A stretch of 64,000 nucleotides of DNA from Eledone cirrhosa. Taxonomy: Eukaryota. The notes under the pieces are model-generated. The model made no database searches. It saw only the letters and a program-made list of their open reading frames with translations, and had not been told where the DNA came from. Within the stretch, counting starts at the first letter, position 1; each line of letters opens with the position of its first letter. The DNA lies in NCBI GenBank assembly GCA_964016885.1, contig OZ024745.1, positions 86,924,001-86,988,000 of the forward strand, given 5' to 3'. This document shows positions 48,255-59,029 of this stretch, piece after piece. The translations under genes and the position numbers were made by a program.

Positions 48255-48520
48255 CCGAAGGCTCGTCAGGCCAGTGTCTATCCCCGGTTTTCTTGGCGTT
48301 AAGCGATTCAGAGTACAAGACTTCCCGTGGATAGGACGCCGGTCTGTCGCAGGATTAACTTCTCAGCTATTGCTGGTACTCACTCTCAGCTGAGTGTACT
48401 GGAGCAATGTGAAATAAAGTATTTTGCTCAAGAACACAGCACAGCAGCCTGTCCAAGAATTGAACCGACGACATTACGGTACAGCAAATATCCCAACCAT
48501 TAGGCCATGCGCCCTCACGT
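48255..48520 (-). mobile_element. tRNA-derived SINE, second family
   Basis: A box TGGCCTAATGG, B box GGTTCAATTC, then TCTTGAGCAAAATACTTTATTTCACATTGCTCCAGT. Confidence 0.75.
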
Positions 48521-48611
48521 TATTTATAAATTGTGAGATAATTATGAATTTTATTTATGGAATATATCATGTAAATACAGTTTGATAGAAAAAGAAAAAA
48601 ACAGAAAATTT

Positions 48612-48805
48612 ACACAAGGCCAGCAATTTTGGGGAGGGAAAGTCGATTAAATCGACCTCAGTGCGTGACTGGTACTTTATTTTATCGACCCCGTAAGGAT
48701 CAAAGGCAAAGTTAACCTCGGCGGGATTTGAACTCAGATCATAAAGGAATCTATGCTGCAAAACATGGCATCCGACCCTCTACCGATACTGCTAACCCAC
48801 CGCCT
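48612..48805 (-). mobile_element. tRNA-derived SINE
   Basis: Same family as 63473-63692. Confidence 0.88.
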
Positions 48806-48889
48806 TTAGATTGAGAAGAATGGAATGTAATATAGGAAAATATAAAGAAAAAAACAGAAAAAAATGAAAACAATGGAAAAGGGAGGGAA

Positions 48890-49130
48890 TGGTAAGGACT
48901 CTAGTGTGACAGAAGAGGTGGTGTGGCTATTGCAGCGGGTGTCGCTGGCCATTGTCCGCAGGAATGCTTTTGAGGACTTGTCCGCGAGACGCATCGCCTT
49001 TACCGCCGCGCCCTAGCCCCAGAGTCAAATCCTCCTCCCCTCCCCCATCCCCATTGACACATTCCCTTCCTTTTCGTTTTTTTCTTTTTCTATTAAACTG
49101 TATTTACATGATATATTCCACAAATAAAAT
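48890..49130 (+). mobile_element. CRE-like LINE extreme 3' end
   Basis: Translates EVVWLLQRVSLAIVRRNA, similar to the QR.S.A..RGNA RLE terminus; AATAAA at ~49123. Confidence 0.55.
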
Positions 49131-49149
49131 TGTTAAAATTTTAAAATCG

Positions 49150-50110
49150 GTTTCATAATAAGTACACAATAGCCCCGGCGGATAAGTCAGAGGGTAATTT
49201 CGTTATAATATGCAAAACATACAACCTGTCTATTTTATCGGCTGATATATGGTCGATTTGACCTACTTAGAGGTAATGTAGCATTTTATTTTGAGGTAAT
49301 ACATTTAAAAGGATTCCTTCTACTGATTTTGGTGATATTTGGCCGAAATGCCATAAGTGAAGTTAGTGATAGGACTAAAAGATTTGGGTGAAGCAATGGC
49401 TCCTGTCATTGTTTTCTTTCTGTTTTGTTTCTTTCTGTCTTTGTTTACTTCCTTTGTTTGGGTTAGCCACAAGGGATAGACACGTCTTTAAGAGATGGAT
49501 GCTAATCTGGTAGAACTTGATTTTGTTGAGTAATTTGGCAAATGTCTATTTGCGTAGTTGATCTTATTTGTACTTATGTTTTTACATCCGTTTATGTATA
49601 TTTATATGGATATCTATGTAAATAATGAAATTGAAGTTTATGACTTTTAAGTCGCCTTTTGATATCGTATTTTGTGATTTTCATCTTGGGTTTATATTTG
49701 GGTTTTTTTATGTTGTGTTGTACGAACTAGACTTCCCAATGCGCGACATCACATCATTTAGGTGGGTTTGATGTTGAGAGACGACGGGAGAAGGTGGAGC
49801 ACGGTATATTGCGTAATGGGGTCGTTTAAACTGCTACTACCTCTGTTGGTCAACACTAATAGAGAAAAGAAAGAAAATTTCGACCAAAATTAAGAACTTT
49901 CCTCTCTAAATATGTATGTAAAGAGAAAAAAAAATGTTTTTTTCATTTTACTATTATTCGTATAAATATGCAATTTAATTTTACTATACACTTCCGTCGT
50001 TGAAAAAGCATATAAAGCTGAAACCGGTACACGATTAAATGCGGAAATTCCTACTTTATAAATAAATGTTTTGATATTATACTGAAAAAATCCCTCCAGC
50101 ATTTTCTACT
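49150..50110 (+). mobile_element. Decayed PLE remnant with a 3' pLTR
   Basis: YTIAPADKSEGNFVIICKTY at ~49163-49222 (PLE ADK-type motif); hammerhead variant and AATAAA downstream. Confidence 0.62.
49995..50033 (+). ncRNA. Hammerhead variant with U3-A8 covariation
   Basis: cgucg-UUGAAAA-agc.auauaaa.gcu-GAAA-ccgg-UA-cacg; stem I needs one bulge. Confidence 0.55.
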
Positions 50111-50179
50111 TGCTTTTTTTTCTTTTTACTATTTGTTTATATATATCAACTCATGTGTCACTTTTCTACGCTCCATATA

Positions 50180-50276
<97 letters not shown>

Positions 50277-51086
50277 CAAGAGTATCCAATCTTAAAGAAA
50301 GAGATGGAGATAGGAGAGGAGATAGGAGAGGAGAAGAGAGATTTGTGAAGTAGTTAGAAGCCAAAACGTAAAGCATGTGCTCAATGTGCAATATGCAGTG
50401 GAAGGCAGCTAGGTGGCTGGGTTCATGCAGAGGTTAGGTGGACAGAGCTGGAAATATTCATTAGTTAAGCAAAACAAGACCACAAATTTCACAAGGAAGA
50501 CATTATTAAAAGATTGTCAACATATTATAGTTTGATGTAAGGAATGTAGAGAATAACAATAATAATATCATCAACAATAATGTCCGTTTATAATTGTTTC
50601 GCTACTCCATATAATAGTTCTGGATCAAATGATTATAGATCATTATTGATCTGGTTTAGTTGAAAATAATTAACTTAGGTAAAATTAAGCAGCTCATGGA
50701 AACTTCAAAAGGAATATAAATTAAAATAAGGAAAGAATGTTACATGAATGTAATGTTCCATATATTGGTATTTCACTATGGTGTCCTGGGTATATCTATT
50801 GTCTCCCATAGTCGAGCAGTATTCTTCTGTCGAGGCTCCAATGTTGAGATCTGCCTATGGGTAACAAGATGGCGGCCGCCAATGGACATATTTACATTAA
50901 TAATTAGAGGGTAGTTTCAGGGGAAGTAACTCCCCGAAAAATTAGAAATTGTGGGTAGTTTATAGTTAAGAAGTGCTAATTTTTTAATTTTTCAATTGAG
51001 AGACAATGTAAGGGAGGTAACTTATAATTATCTAAGTTAGCTATAACTAATTAAATTATAACTACAAGTAAAATGGGGCGAGATGA

Positions 51087-51634
51087 CTATGTTGGGTCAA
51101 ATATTCTGTTGGCGAAGGAATTAGGCCTTCGATGTTGACAGCTAATAGTTACCTCCGTTTTATCGTTAATCGCTAGAGGTCGTGATAGAGTTATGTAATA
51201 TGCTTCGGTAAGACAGAGGTCACAAGAGTTTCTTCGTCCATTGAACGGTTGGGCTCTAGACAAGATATCCCATGTTAGTGAGTGTTCAATGTTTGTTAAT
51301 TTAAGGTTTTTAGTGAGCCTAGCTAGAGATGTCGAACATCTGTTGTTAGGGTCTCGGAAGGAAAAAGAGTGCGCGTTATAGCGTACCTTAAAAGGGTTAG
51401 AGGTAGAGCCGATATAGGAGCTGGTTTGCGAAGCAGTTTTAACTGTGCACCTATAAACTATATTGGGTGTCAGGCAATGTCCATTTAGTGGGCATGCATT
51501 AGGGTAACGGCAGTTGCAGTTACTTCGGCGGTTAGTGAGAGTAGGGTTGTTTAAACTAAGCGGTTGGTTAGTGCTAGAAGGATTAGGTGGGGGAGGTGTG
51601 CTACTAGAGTAAGTATTGGTGTAGTGGCGTGGTG
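51087..51634 (-). pseudogene. GIY-YIG endonuclease domain of Naiad A (inverted copy, open frame)
   Basis: CNCRYPNACPLNGHCLTPNIVYRC...YIGSTSNPFKVRYNAH...CDLCLTE...CQH. Confidence 0.85.
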
Positions 51635-53433
51635 AAGGCGGAATATATAGGGAGGACGCCCTATTTGCAGTCCACAATTGCACTAATCGAGGCATTGACT
51701 TGCTCAAAAAACAATTACATAGATTCTTTAAAAATAACGGTCTCTCTATCACAATCGAGCCGTACCATGAAGTAGTAAACTTCCTAGACGGTACCCTAGA
51801 TCTTAACAATAACATATATTACCCTTATCATAAACCAGGTGAGCAGTAATCAAATCTATCTCGTATAGGATCTCCATGCTATCAGCAAATGAGGAGATAT
51901 TTATAAACCATGCGGCATATTATAATAAGGCTCTTTCTGAATCTGGTTATGAACAGTCCATTTACTACGTACCTAAATGCCATAACACAGCACTTCACCA
52001 CAACCATAATAAACTTAACACTAAAACTAGAAATACCTTAGCACATAGCCAGATTCGCCGGAATTTTAGCAGTAACAGCACCTATACAAGGAACCTTAAT
52101 GGTGGCAGTGGCCTGCTTCCCACTCCAAGTAGCAAGCTAAAATTAACCCTAGAATAGGAATGAGCAATGGGATGACAAATAACAAATGCCCAGGTAATAA
52201 TAACCCTATGAAGGCCCCTACCAACTCCACTAGAACCCCTAGAAGGAATAGGCCTAGAAATATCACCTGGCTTAACCCCCCATTCTCATCTAATCTACCC
52301 ATTAATATCCCTAAACGCTTCTTCTCTATCCTATCTAAAAATCCCCCCCCCCCAACCATAGATATTACAAACTCTTTAAAAAAAAATAACATTAAAATCT
52401 CATTCTCCACAACACTTTACCTAGCCTGCCACATCGCATTCAGTAACCATCATAAACTAAGACAGTATAACTCCCACACCGCGGTACCACCACCCCTATC
52501 AAATACACCACGCCACTACACCAATACTTACTCTAGTAGCACACCTCCCCCATCTAATCCTTCTAGCACTGACCAACCGCTTAGTTTAAACAACCCTACT
52601 ATCACTAACCGCAGAAGTAACTGCAACTGCCGTTACCCTAATGCATGCCCACTAAATTGACATTGCCTGACACCCAATATAGTTTATAGGTGCACAATTA
52701 AAACTGCTTCGCATACTAGCTCCTATATTGGCTCTACCTCTAACCCTTTTAAGGTACGCTATAACGCGCACTCTTTTTCCTTCCGAGAGCCTAACAACAG
52801 ATGTTCGACATCTCTAGCTAGGCTCATTAAAAACCTTAAATTAACCAACATTGAACACTCACTAATATGCGATATCTTGGCTAGGGCTCAACTGTTCAAT
52901 GGACGAAGAAACTCTTGTGACCTCTGTCTTACCGAAGCATATTACATCTCTATCACGTCCTCTACCGATTAAAGATAGAACGGAGGTAACTATTAGCTGT
53001 CAACATCGAAGGGCTAATTCCTTCGCCAACAGAATATTTGACCCAACATAGTCATCTCGCCCCATTTTACTTGTAGCTAATAAGTTAAATAGTTATAGCT
53101 AACTTAGATAATTATAAGTTACCTCCCTTACATTGTCTCTCAATTGAAAAATTAAAAAATTAGCACTTCTTAACTATAAACTACCCACAATTTCTAATTT
53201 TTCGAGGAGTTACTTCCCCTGAAACCACCATCCAATTAGTAAGGTAAATATGTCCATTGGCGGCCATCTTGTTACCCATAGGCAGATCTCACACATTGCA
53301 GCCTCGACAGAAGAATACTGCTCGACTATGGCAGACAATAGATATACCCAGGACACCATAGTGAAATACCAATACATGGAACATTACAATCATGTAACAT
53401 TCTCTCCTTATTTTAATTTAAATTCCTTTTGAA

Positions 53434-53551
53434 GTTCCGATGAGCTGCTTAATTTTACCTAAGTTAATTACTTTCAACTGAACCAGATCAATAATAATCT
53501 ATAATCATTTAATCCAGAAATATTATATGGAGTAGCGAAACAATTGTAAAC
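53434..53551 (+). ncRNA. Type I hammerhead-like motif, CCGAUGA core, 81-nt loop II (degenerate inverted copy at 50586-50703)
   Basis: guu-CCGAUGA-gcugcu-(81 nt)-aguagc-GAAA-caauug-UA-aac. Confidence 0.68.
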
Positions 53552-54654
53552 GGACATTATTGTTGTTGATATTATTATTGTTATTCTCTACATTCCTTAC
53601 ATCAAACTATAATATGTTGACAATCTTTTAATAATGTCTTCCTTGTGAAATTTGTGGTCTTGTTTTGCTTAACTAATGAATATTTCCAGCTCTGTATCTA
53701 ACCTCTGCATGAACCCAGCCACCTAGCTGCCTTCCACTGCATATTGCACATAGAGCACATGCCCTTACGCTTTGGCTTCTAACTAATTCACCAATCTCTC
53801 TTCTCCTCTCCTATCTCCATCTCTCTCTTTAAGATTGGTTACTCTTGAACTGTGTATACTTGAGCCCCCGTAGTTGAGCTATTTACTGTTAGAAGTCACC
53901 ATGTTGAGTAAGCAGGAACTCAGGATGTCACTTAAGTCCATTCCTATCCCGGACAGGAAGACATACCTCAAACTCCTAATACAGAGTGTCAACTCTTTCA
54001 TCCGAAGAATACGATGGAAGGCCTTCCATTTCGACCGTGCGGGTGCTGCTGACGCCGGGAGTACAGCAGACAGATATGGATTTACCACCTGCAAGACCCC
54101 TCCACACAACATCCTGCTGGACCCTTTTGAGAAAGATATATTTAACTTCAGGAGCATTAAATTCAAAAAGCATTATAGACACAAGAATAATTTCCTCACA
54201 AAATTAGAAAAACTATAAACAAATTTAAAGATAGCCACCTCTTACATGTTATGTATAATAAAACTAAAAATCTATACACCATCACTCCTGAAACTTACAA
54301 CTGTTTCCTTCTTAAGGAACTTAATAAAAACTAAAAAGACTATACCATCCAGTGTAAACTTACTTAACTGAAAAGCCCAGGCTTTGGTTAAGGACTTGCA
54401 TCTGGATAGATTTACCCACCCTTATGTGCCTACAACCCCAAGGTCTTCTCTCAAGGATCACCAGCCAAACTTTATAGAGAACCCATCTATTAGACTTATA
54501 AGCCCAACAACACCCGACTTGGGTCGTATCAGTAAGAACATCCTTGATAGGATCATCCCTAGGATACGAGATGATATCACCTACAAGCTGTGGTCCAACA
54601 CCGGCCAAGTCATAAAATGGTTCTCCGATCTAAGGTCTAAGGAATCTATGAGGT

Positions 54655-55358
54655 TTATAAAATTAACTTACTTACTAAAATAAGTAAGTTAATTTTATAA
54701 TTTTCTTATTTTACGTCTCTTATATTATTGTTCTGCAACCCCATGCATTGAACCACACTGTTATTAAGACAAAACCTATATATTTGCTAGCATTGATATG
54801 CATCTGTATGTATATATATGTTACTAGATATCAATTCTTTATTATTATCTCCAAATTATTTGTCGAGCAATATTGGCCATGACTGCTGCTACGGTTGTAG
54901 GCAGGCCGCTGTCTTATTAGCAAACCACTTTCCACTGATTGACCTCGATGTCACGTGTTCTATTCTTTTTGAATTTGCCACAGACGTAGAGGCAGTGATT
55001 TTCTCAATGGCTTGGAATTCAGTCCACGCTTCGCTATTTCCTATCCACTGAATTATTTTTTAATAAGTTTCCAGTGTCCTCGCCTTGCCTGGAAACTTAC
55101 ATGAGAATAGACTTTCCTGACGACGGAATGCTTCTAAATATTATTCTTCGGAAAATATATTTACTCCATTCCAGAAACTAATTAGTTGGAAGTGATATTT
55201 TAGTAAGTTAATTTTATAATTTTCTTATTTTACGTCTCTTATATTATTGTTCTGCAACCCCATGCATTGAACCACACTGTTATTAAGACAAAACCTATAT
55301 ATTTGCTAGCATTGATATGCATCTGTATGTATATATATGTTACTAGATATGAATTCTT

Positions 55359-55364
<6 letters not shown>
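54655..55364 (+). mobile_element. Non-coding PLE-like / retrozyme-like element, 519-bp period
   Basis: 54683-54845 is repeated at 55202-55364; short inverted copy at 54655-54680; hammerhead just before the second repeat; ends at (TA)n. Confidence 0.75.
55111..55193 (+). ncRNA. Type I hammerhead ribozyme
   Basis: acuuuc-CUGACGA-c.ggaaug...cauucc.a-GAAA-cuaauuag-UU-ggaagu; palindromic stem III. Confidence 0.78.
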
Positions 55365-55394
<30 letters not shown>

Positions 55395-55396
<2 letters not shown>

Positions 55397-57425
55397 TTAG
55401 GTCGTTTTGGAAGCCTCAACAATGCAGATGGGTAAATCTCCGGGTAACAAGATCCGGTGGTGGAGAGAGTGATGTAAGTGAATGTGTAGTGTGCAGAAGA
55501 GTGTAGGAAAGAGCGTAAAGGATGACAATAATAACAACACGAGATAGAGTTACCTTAGGAGAGATTTAATTGTCCCTATATATTTCGGATTCACATCCAT
55601 CAACTGAGGGTTTTTTCAGGGGGAGGGGGAGGTTGTCTGTCGGAAAGGTGCGAAACGTGTCCTCGGCTGTTCTTTGTTTTGAATATCTGAGGTATTCAGC
55701 AGAGCGCACATGCGCGTGAACTGGGGACAGTCAAACAGAGGTCGGCGGCTGAAATAGTTCTTTCAATTGTGGGAGTGGGGTGGCGTTAGCTGTCAGTCTA
55801 TTTTACTATCTACCCTGTTGAATAGTGTGTGGTTGTGATAGTATTCTCTGCCTGTTTGGTGAATGTTACTGTGTGTGTGTGTGCATGTGTTGTTGTCTCA
55901 TTTGAGTGTGTGTGTGTACGTGTTTTGTTACCTCGTTCGTCTGTATTAAGTGTAGTATGTTCGTATGGTGGAATGCTACTGTGTGTGTGTGTCTGTGCGT
56001 GTGTTGCTGTCTCGCTTGTGTGTGCGTGTGTTGCTGCATCGTTTGTTTACTTAAACAAACCACCTCATTTCGCTTCTCTCGGATCGGTTATTTATTTGTG
56101 GCCCTAGGCGTTTGATCCAAAGTGCTTCCTTGATTTGTAATGTGCCAACGTTTCTTTCTGTCGCTAGAATTGTGACAATTGGCCTTCTGTCTTTGTTTCC
56201 GCTTTTGGTTATGTGTTTCCGGAAAGACGAGGCCCTGGTGTTAATGTGCTCCTTGATCCGGATGTATAGCGACCGGATTGTGCTACCTATATAGTAGTGG
56301 TTGCACTTGTTACATTCTACCTTATACACGACGTATGTGCGTAGGCAACAGTTCGTATGGCGCATCGGGCAGTTTCTGAGGGAGCACGAGTCAGTTGATT
56401 TCCCGGGTTTCCTGGAGAGGCATCTTCGCAGGGAGGAGCCCGCGTGGGCCAGGTGGATGTCAAGGCCCTCCCTCCGTATAGCCTTGCGGATAGCGTTGGT
56501 GGTATTCTCGCCCAGGTGTGGTATTTTAAGGAAGCACTTGCCTTGGGTGTTTCTCTGCCTCTTGTGTCTCTTATTCTGTTTGTGAGTGAGGCAGGGTACC
56601 CGTTCGTCTCCAGCACTTCGAGGAATCGCTTGGTATGAGTGACGCCACTCGCGGGATCGCTGCATCGGTTTTTAAATAGCGTGATCTCGTTCGTGATGTA
56701 TCCTCTTTTAGCACTGTTAGGGAGGGCGGACTTGTAGTGAACGAACAGGTCCCTGCCAGCTGCCTTTCGGTAGAAGTTGCAGTGGATCACTCCCTGTTCC
56801 GTGATGTTGATTCGGAAGTCGAGGAGGGCAAGTGACCCGTCGTCGCTGTGGTGTTTAACACTGAAATCAATGTTCTCGTCCGTGTTGTTGAACGTCTCAT
56901 AGATTCTGTTCGCCATGTCTTGGGAAGATGTGAGGATGAAGCTATCGTCCACGTACCTTGAGAAAAAGGCGACGGCGTTGGGGTGGCAGGCGTTGAGTGC
57001 CTTGCGCTCTAGGCTCTCCATGTATGAGATCGCTAGCACACTCGACAGGCTTGATCCCATGGGAAGTCCCGAGGTTTGCTGGTATGTTTGGTCAAGGAAT
57101 CCGAAGTATGTGTTGTCAACGACGATGGATAGGAGTTGGTAGATGTCAGTGGTGGTGAGCCCGAAGCAGTGTAGGTCGGTGGATTGGACGCGTTCCATCA
57201 GTATATTAACGGCCGGGAGTGCCGGGACCGAGGTGTAGCGAGCGACTACATCAAGGCTGAAGGCATATCTGTTAGCCTTTCTGGTGTCGGGATCCATTTG
57301 ATGCAGGCGCTCCAAACACCTCCTCGGAGCTGTTAACGTGTCCCGGCAAGGTGTCTAAGATGGGTTTGAGTATTCTGGCTAGGAGCCATGAAATTTTGTA
57401 GAGCGGTCCTTCGACGCTCGATACA
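55395..57425 (-). mobile_element. PLE family C (Poseidon/Neptune-like), 5'-truncated, one frameshift
   Basis: FSLDVVARYTSVP, GLPMGSSLS, RYVDDSF, LLDFRI, FYRK; VVYKVECNKCNHYYIGSTIRSLYIRIKEH; (TA)n on both sides. Confidence 0.9.
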
Positions 57426-58027
57426 ATATATATATATATAGTAATAATAATACATTTGAAGATGGGTTACACGGGGTGTTATTATAGGTTTTAAACCCAA
57501 ATTTATCCTGTTTGTTGTCTGCTTTTCGCGGATTATCGAAATAAAAGGCACGCCAACGCAAGCTTTTAATGAACGCGTCTGTTTTCTGTATCAGGAGTTT
57601 TAGGTATGTTTTCCTGCTTGGTACGGGTATGTTCTTTGTAGAAATATTCAGATGTTGTTTCTGCATGATGAATATAAGTCAATAGAGTGCTCAACCGAGG
57701 GAGCCAAATAGTAATAATAATAAATTTGAAGACTAAAATCCAAAGAGGGCTCGATAAGGATAAATATATATCAAATATATAAGAACCGTAGAGCAAATAT
57801 TTATTAAAATAACAGATTAAAGTTTAAGCAAAGAGTCGCTGCTTTCACCCTTAACGGGATGTTGTTTCTGCATGATGAATATAAGTCAATAGAGTGCTCA
57901 ACCGAGGGAGCCAAATAGTAATAATAATAAATTTGAAGACTAAAATCCAAAGAGGGCTCGATAAGGATAAATATATATCAAATATATAAGAACCGTAGAG
58001 CAAATATTTATTAAAATAACAGATTAA

Positions 58028-58078
58028 AGTTTAAGCAAAGAGTCGCTGCTTTCACCCTTAACGGGATCTTCTGAAACT
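58028..58078 (-). ncRNA. Hammerhead-like motif, CAGAAGA core, sense to Naiad B
   Basis: aguuu-CAGAAGA-uccc.guua.agggu-GAAA-gcag.cgacucu.uugc-UU-aaacu. Confidence 0.65.
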
Positions 58079-58156
58079 AACAAAGTCAATCGGTAAACGC
58101 AGAAGTGGATATTTCAAAAAACGTTGCAACCGGAGGAAGACAGGAAGACGATACTT

Positions 58157-58421
58157 TGGTTCGTGGAAACGTTCCCTGGCAAAGAACGGGAAAAAACGAA
58201 TATAATACGTCATTAATAGGAGCGGTGAAAAACAATTACGCGCAAAGACAGAACCACGTTTATGGTATAAAAGAAGTCGTAGACTAATGTTCTCTTAGGT
58301 GGTTCATAGAGACGTTCTCTGGCAATGAACGGAAAATACGAAGATAATACGTCATATGTGGAGCGTGGAGAACAATTGCACACAAAGACAACGTAAAGGT
58401 ATAACTGAAGTCGTAGACTAA
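58157..58421. repeat. Diverged tandem pair (period ~140 bp) in the Naiad B 3' UTR
   Basis: TGGTTC...ACGTTCYCTGGCAA...TAATACGTCAT...GAAGTCGTAGACTAA twice. Confidence 0.8.
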
Positions 58422-59029
58422 AATTCTAACTAGGAAACCGAATGAATCTCCGCTTCAGAGTTAAGAATAAAGTAAATAAAATACAATACAGAGGTAATAG
58501 AAATTAAATAAATGCATACACGCATGCAAATACGTACATACACAAGCATACGCAAAACACTTGCCATAGGTATACAAAACCACGTACATATAAATATGTG
58601 TGTGTGTGTGTGTGTGTGTGCGTGTATACAAATAAATAAATAATTAAATAAACGTATATAAATAAATAGATACGTATATAACAAGCGCGCACACATACCT
58701 ACATGTAAATACACAAATGTTCGGAGACGTAAGTCAACCAAAACATGAAGTACACATATACACACACCCTACATACGTACGAACCTGCATACTCACGCAG
58801 ACGCAAAACACCCGTATACACATAACCAAACAATATGTACCAGACCATATAAAAAATTATACGCCATAACATATACAATCAAATATACGTACGAGAAAGT
58901 ATACGTACCTTCACAAAATATACAGGTAATATATACTTAACAATGCAAAAAAAGTAATGGTATAAACAAAACATATACTTAGCTACCACATCAAGATGTA
59001 AAATATCCACGTATAGATCGTACTATCTG

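Larger units (their letters stand above)
50275..54660 (+). mobile_element. Naiad-like PLE family A: inverted 3' part + 5'-truncated body + start of the next tandem unit
   Basis: GIYREDAL...VNFLDGTLDL at ~51640-51835; NITWLNPPFS; CNCRYPNACPLN.HC..NIVY...YIGST; N-terminus SLKSIPIPDRKTYLKLLI...RIRWKAFHF at 53901; 50275-51634 is the reverse complement of 52506-53849. Confidence 0.88.

Noticed and set aside
52658-52660. In-frame TGA in the Naiad A Cys-rich motif as selenocysteine (some Naiads encode selenoproteins)
   Set aside because: The inverted copy has GGA (Gly) at this position and all neighbouring Cys codons are intact, so this is a nonsense mutation; no SECIS was recognised.
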